Assembly: GCA_965235115.1 (NCBI GenBank)
Contig: OZ249445.1
Coordinates: 4,278,001 to 4,342,000 of the forward strand
DNA from: Laetmonice hystrix
Lineage: Eukaryota
Reading direction: 5' to 3'
DNA: 64,000 nt
Position 1 is the first letter of the stretch. Each line of letters begins with the position of its first letter. Positions 60,311 through 64,000 of this stretch are shown here, in pieces. The notes under the pieces are model-generated. The model was not told the origin of the DNA. It searched no databases and saw nothing but the letters and a program-made list of their open reading frames with translations. The position numbers were made by a program, and so were the translations under genes.

Positions 60311-61605
60311 CACCCACATTTTGCCTGTTTAGGCCTATATTATGAGGGGAGGCATAGGTCGTCCGCGATAGCGGGGGCAGGAGGGTGACGAAGTATAGCA
60401 AAGTTCCTGGAATTTGTAATGACCTATTTTGGCATTATAATGCTTTATATATAGGCCCTAGGTTTAGTGGCTGTACCAAGTCGTACACCCAGAATGAACA
60501 TAGACTAGGTCTATATGTGTTATACTGGTCTATGACAACTCCAGTGGATCCCACCGGTGGCCAGACGTTCTTGACCTCCTTTCTGTAAGGCCTTTGCGGG
60601 GCCGGGGGACGGCAGTCTGAACACCTCTGGCTTACTTGATTCCAGTTCACAAAGGTTATCTAGCCTCCAAATTCCAATAAGTCGAAACATGATAAAGATG
60701 CCAATAGCAAACATCCGTGTTATGGAAGTAAAATCTGTCGGCCCACACATGTTATTGTATCCGTATCTGGATATATTGAAATGATAGGCCTACATGGTAG
60801 ATGACCTTTCCCCTTAAAAAACCTTGATTGTTGCCAGCATTCGTACTACCGTTATTGGCAACCTTGGACGAACTGACAACAACCTCGACCAGTTTTTGAA
60901 GATAACATGAATCACACCACGTCATTCTGAAAGGTCACGTCAGGTCTATAAGGTTAAATCATGTAAACCCACAAAGGAAACGTCTAGTTCTAATCAGAAT
61001 GACAATGATCATAAAGAGGGGGGGGGGGGGATCTAAAGACCAAGGCCCAGTTTAACATCTGCCGTTCGTTTACATTGAAGGGCCCGATTCAGGAGCTTCT
61101 TCAGGTCTACAGTAGATCTATATACCTTAGGGGCAGTTCTAGGGTTCATAGCTAGCCCCAAGCCCAAAGCTCCTTAATTTCCTTCCGTTTCTTTTTTCCT
61201 TTATTTTTTTTTATTTTATTTGGGGGGGGGGGGGGGCTCGTATAAACAATTCGACCCCCCCTCCGAATCCGCGCCTGCAATACCAATAGGTTACGTTTGG
61301 TATGCTGGTTTTCGTGTTCCCAGCTGGCAAACGGCACTAGTTATCTGGTTTTACACGCCGGAAGTTCTTGACGCGGACGGCCCTGGTAAATGTTTGATCT
61401 GGTAATAGATACTCAGGCTTACTAACCAGACTTACTAAACGCCACGAGGGGTTGGTCCTTCAACCGTAACTCCTTTACCCCCTCAGTTATTAGTTGTTTG
61501 CATTAGGTCTAATAAACCTAGAGAACAGTCTTACAAGTATATTGCCTTTAATACATTGCAGCCTCTAGCTGGACTCGAGATTTGTACCAACTATAGCAGA
61601 GAAAG

Positions 61606-63219
61606 ATGTCGATCATCGAGAGACTGTTACCCGTCCAACAGACGGGCATCAACTTCTTCGACCACATTTTCTCCGGCATGGAGCGCGAGGTGGCCGAGAT
61701 GCAGGCAGACGCTGAGCGCATGCGCCGTATGATGTGTCAGCTGGTTCCGTTCAATGACAAGGACGTGTCGACACACGAAATGCAGGTTGGGAAACTGGAC
61801 GTGTTAGACCAGCAGTTGGGGGTTTCTGCCATGGCCACACCATTACAAGAACATTAGAATTTAGAGCAATAAAAACTGTCCAAATTAAGATGAAAATATA
61901 TATATTGTGTTATCAATATATTGTGTAATGTTATCAGCTTATTGGTCAGGTTTGGTAAAGAAAACGTGTTGAAGAAATATAGATAATAGTTATCATGCTG
62001 ATCGATTAACTGACATGATTTTTGTTTTTTGTTTGTTTTGGTCCAGGTGCCTCATCCAATTATTGAGGAGAAGTGTAAATCCAAGCTCCACCTGACGTTT
62101 GATGTGAACAGCTTCAAACCGGAGGAAGTACATGTAAAGGTGGTTGGAGATAACATACTTGAGGTATGACTCTGTGGAGGGGACTTGTTGTTTTTGTGTG
62201 CTCCTTTGACGGTGGGATAAAACACTCACTGAAGGAGAAGGCGTTAAGTATGTTCAAGAGGGACACAAGGGAATCTAGATCGAGTAAACATGGAGTCACT
62301 ATGATGAAAACCTAAGTAGGCCTATATTGTCTATAAGCCGAATTATCGTCTGTCAGATGCCAGAGATAGACCCGCGTTTGATACCTTTTCCCTTTGGTTA
62401 TTCTTTAAGGCAGCTGACCTACATAGCATTCACAATTGGTTGGCATAATTGGGCAATTAATTTGGATAGTGGCACACTCTGCAGAGCATGTTTTTCAATA
62501 AGTCTGCGATACTTACCACTTACATATCTAACCGTATACTAAACTCAGCAGATCGCACAGTATCTTCATTTCATTTCATTTTATTCTCTCGGTCACTGTC
62601 TCCTATACTACGGGAGGAGAAACCAGCAGACAATTACAGCCCTGATTAGGCAATATTTCGGTAGATATTCCAACAGTTATCAAAACAGTATCATTTCAAG
62701 TAATCATCTCTCCGGGAGACTCCCGGACGGGGCGTTAAACACCACCTGTAGGACTTGATATCACTGCCTCCATATTAATTATTCTTTACTCAGAGACTTC
62801 TTCGAAGAGTCCTAGAAATGTAAAATTTCCTCCTCTCATTGATACGGAGACTGATGTAAAGTTCTGTATATAAGACTTCCTCCCGCATTATATGTGGTAG
62901 CTTCACTTAGTGATCCTATGATCAGGTTTATCAATATTGTAAACCTTGTTATACTCAAGACTCGGATGTCGGTGATACAATGCTAATGCCTAGTTTCGCC
63001 CCCGGCCACCAGGTGAACGCTGAGCATCACGAGAAGGACGACAAGTCGGAGAGTTACCGTCGGTACATACGTCACTTCTCACTACCGTCCGGCGTCGACG
63101 CTAACAACATCATCTCGGAGCTGTCGACAGACGGCGTTCTGACCATCGAGGCCCCCGCCCCGCCACTTTCGCCCGAGGAACGCCCCAAACCCATCGAATT
63201 CAAACCGGCAGCCAAGTGA
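61606..63219 (+). CDS. Small heat-shock protein (HSP20/alpha-crystallin domain), 167 aa
   Basis: Phase-0 exons 61606-61785, 62047-62163, 63013-63219. Motifs FDVNSFKPEEVHVKV, HHEKDD, YIRHFSLPSGVD, SELSTDGVLTIEAP, and a C-terminal P-I-E-F (IXI/V-like). Confidence 0.92.
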
Positions 63220-64000
63220 ACCAACCCACGGGCATGGAAAGCCGGGAGCCATAAAGTGATAGGATGTACAGCATCCCCTGATAGTGTAAAGTGTACCCAC
63301 ACTTAGAGAAGGCGGGCAATGCCCGGTATGTATCGCTGAGGATGGCAGAGGTCCAGGGAGCAGTTTAGACATTGTACATATGTTGTAAAGATGGACGTCA
63401 CGTACTCCCGTTAGATTTCAGGCTTTTTAAGGATCAGATTTAAAACTGCTTTGGTTGCCTAATCATGTGCGTTATCTGTTCATATACGTGTTGATTCATA
63501 GATATGATTGTCACACGTATAATGCTGGAGTTTGTTACGTACTTTTCGTACACCATTTAATTTTTAAGGTTATTCTCATAAACGTTAAACTTAACTGAGG
63601 TCCAAAATTTGTTGAAGGGGATCCCCTTCCACACTAAAACTGTATAAGGAACAGTAATTGGGTAATTAATGCGGCACTTCTCGCAAGCAATGTTATGGTG
63701 CATTATCCGTGCAGACTACGACACCCTGGTAGTACCAGTTACGTGATGTGATTTACGGGCAAGGCTGGCTTGAGGCCAGCGGTATTGAAAGTATGTACAT
63801 TGTTAACAAAAACACCTGCTATATTCATGGTACGTTATTTCTATACTATATATTTTTATTCCTGATTTTCCCTTATCCTTCGCTGTAGTATAAAATGGCT
63901 TCCAAGTGCAAGATCCATGGTTAGTACTACACTGGCTTCAGTTGTTATGTTGTTAAAGTTATAATTCAGTTGTTAAAATTAAAATAACGACGCAAAACAT

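Noticed and set aside
1-64000. Frequent poly-G/poly-C runs and TAGGCCTA motifs
   Set aside because: Window-wide compositional background, often inside MITE-like elements; no locus-specific signal.

Overview
Animal (invertebrate-like) genomic DNA with spliceosomal GT-AG introns; no rRNA, tRNA or CRISPR seen. I assembled seven host genes by hand from splice sites and reading-frame continuity: (1) the 3' part of A1CF (+, 798-13180); (2) ZCCHC17/pNO40 (-, 19766-24785), which carries TWO S1 domains from an internal exon duplication; (3) a divergent di-N-acetylchitobiase-like GH18 protein with a C-terminal transmembrane helix (+, 26124-29651); (4) an intronless MFS sugar-porter (+, 29989-31515); (5) a 13-exon ARSB/I/J-type arylsulfatase (+, 33991-53278); (6) a type II membrane protein fusing a class I SAM methyltransferase to a GT-A/GT2-like domain (-, 55239-56912, probable upstream exon); (7) a small heat-shock protein (+, 61606-63219). 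Intron 1 of the arylsulfatase holds an intact, very young BEL/Pao LTR retrotransposon (34141-41568, identical 224-bp LTRs, GATTA target-site duplication). Its primer-binding position is not tRNA-like but is perfectly complementary to 12 nt inside its own LTR, suggesting self-priming. The rest is minisatellites, MITE-like inverted-repeat elements and one 219-N gap. Best leads: the candidate self-priming BEL element, the membrane-anchored methyltransferase-glycosyltransferase (candidate glycan O-methyltransferase, possibly of bacterial origin), the double-S1 ZCCHC17, and four consecutive glycan-related genes. Family assignments come from motifs recognised from memory, not from database searches.
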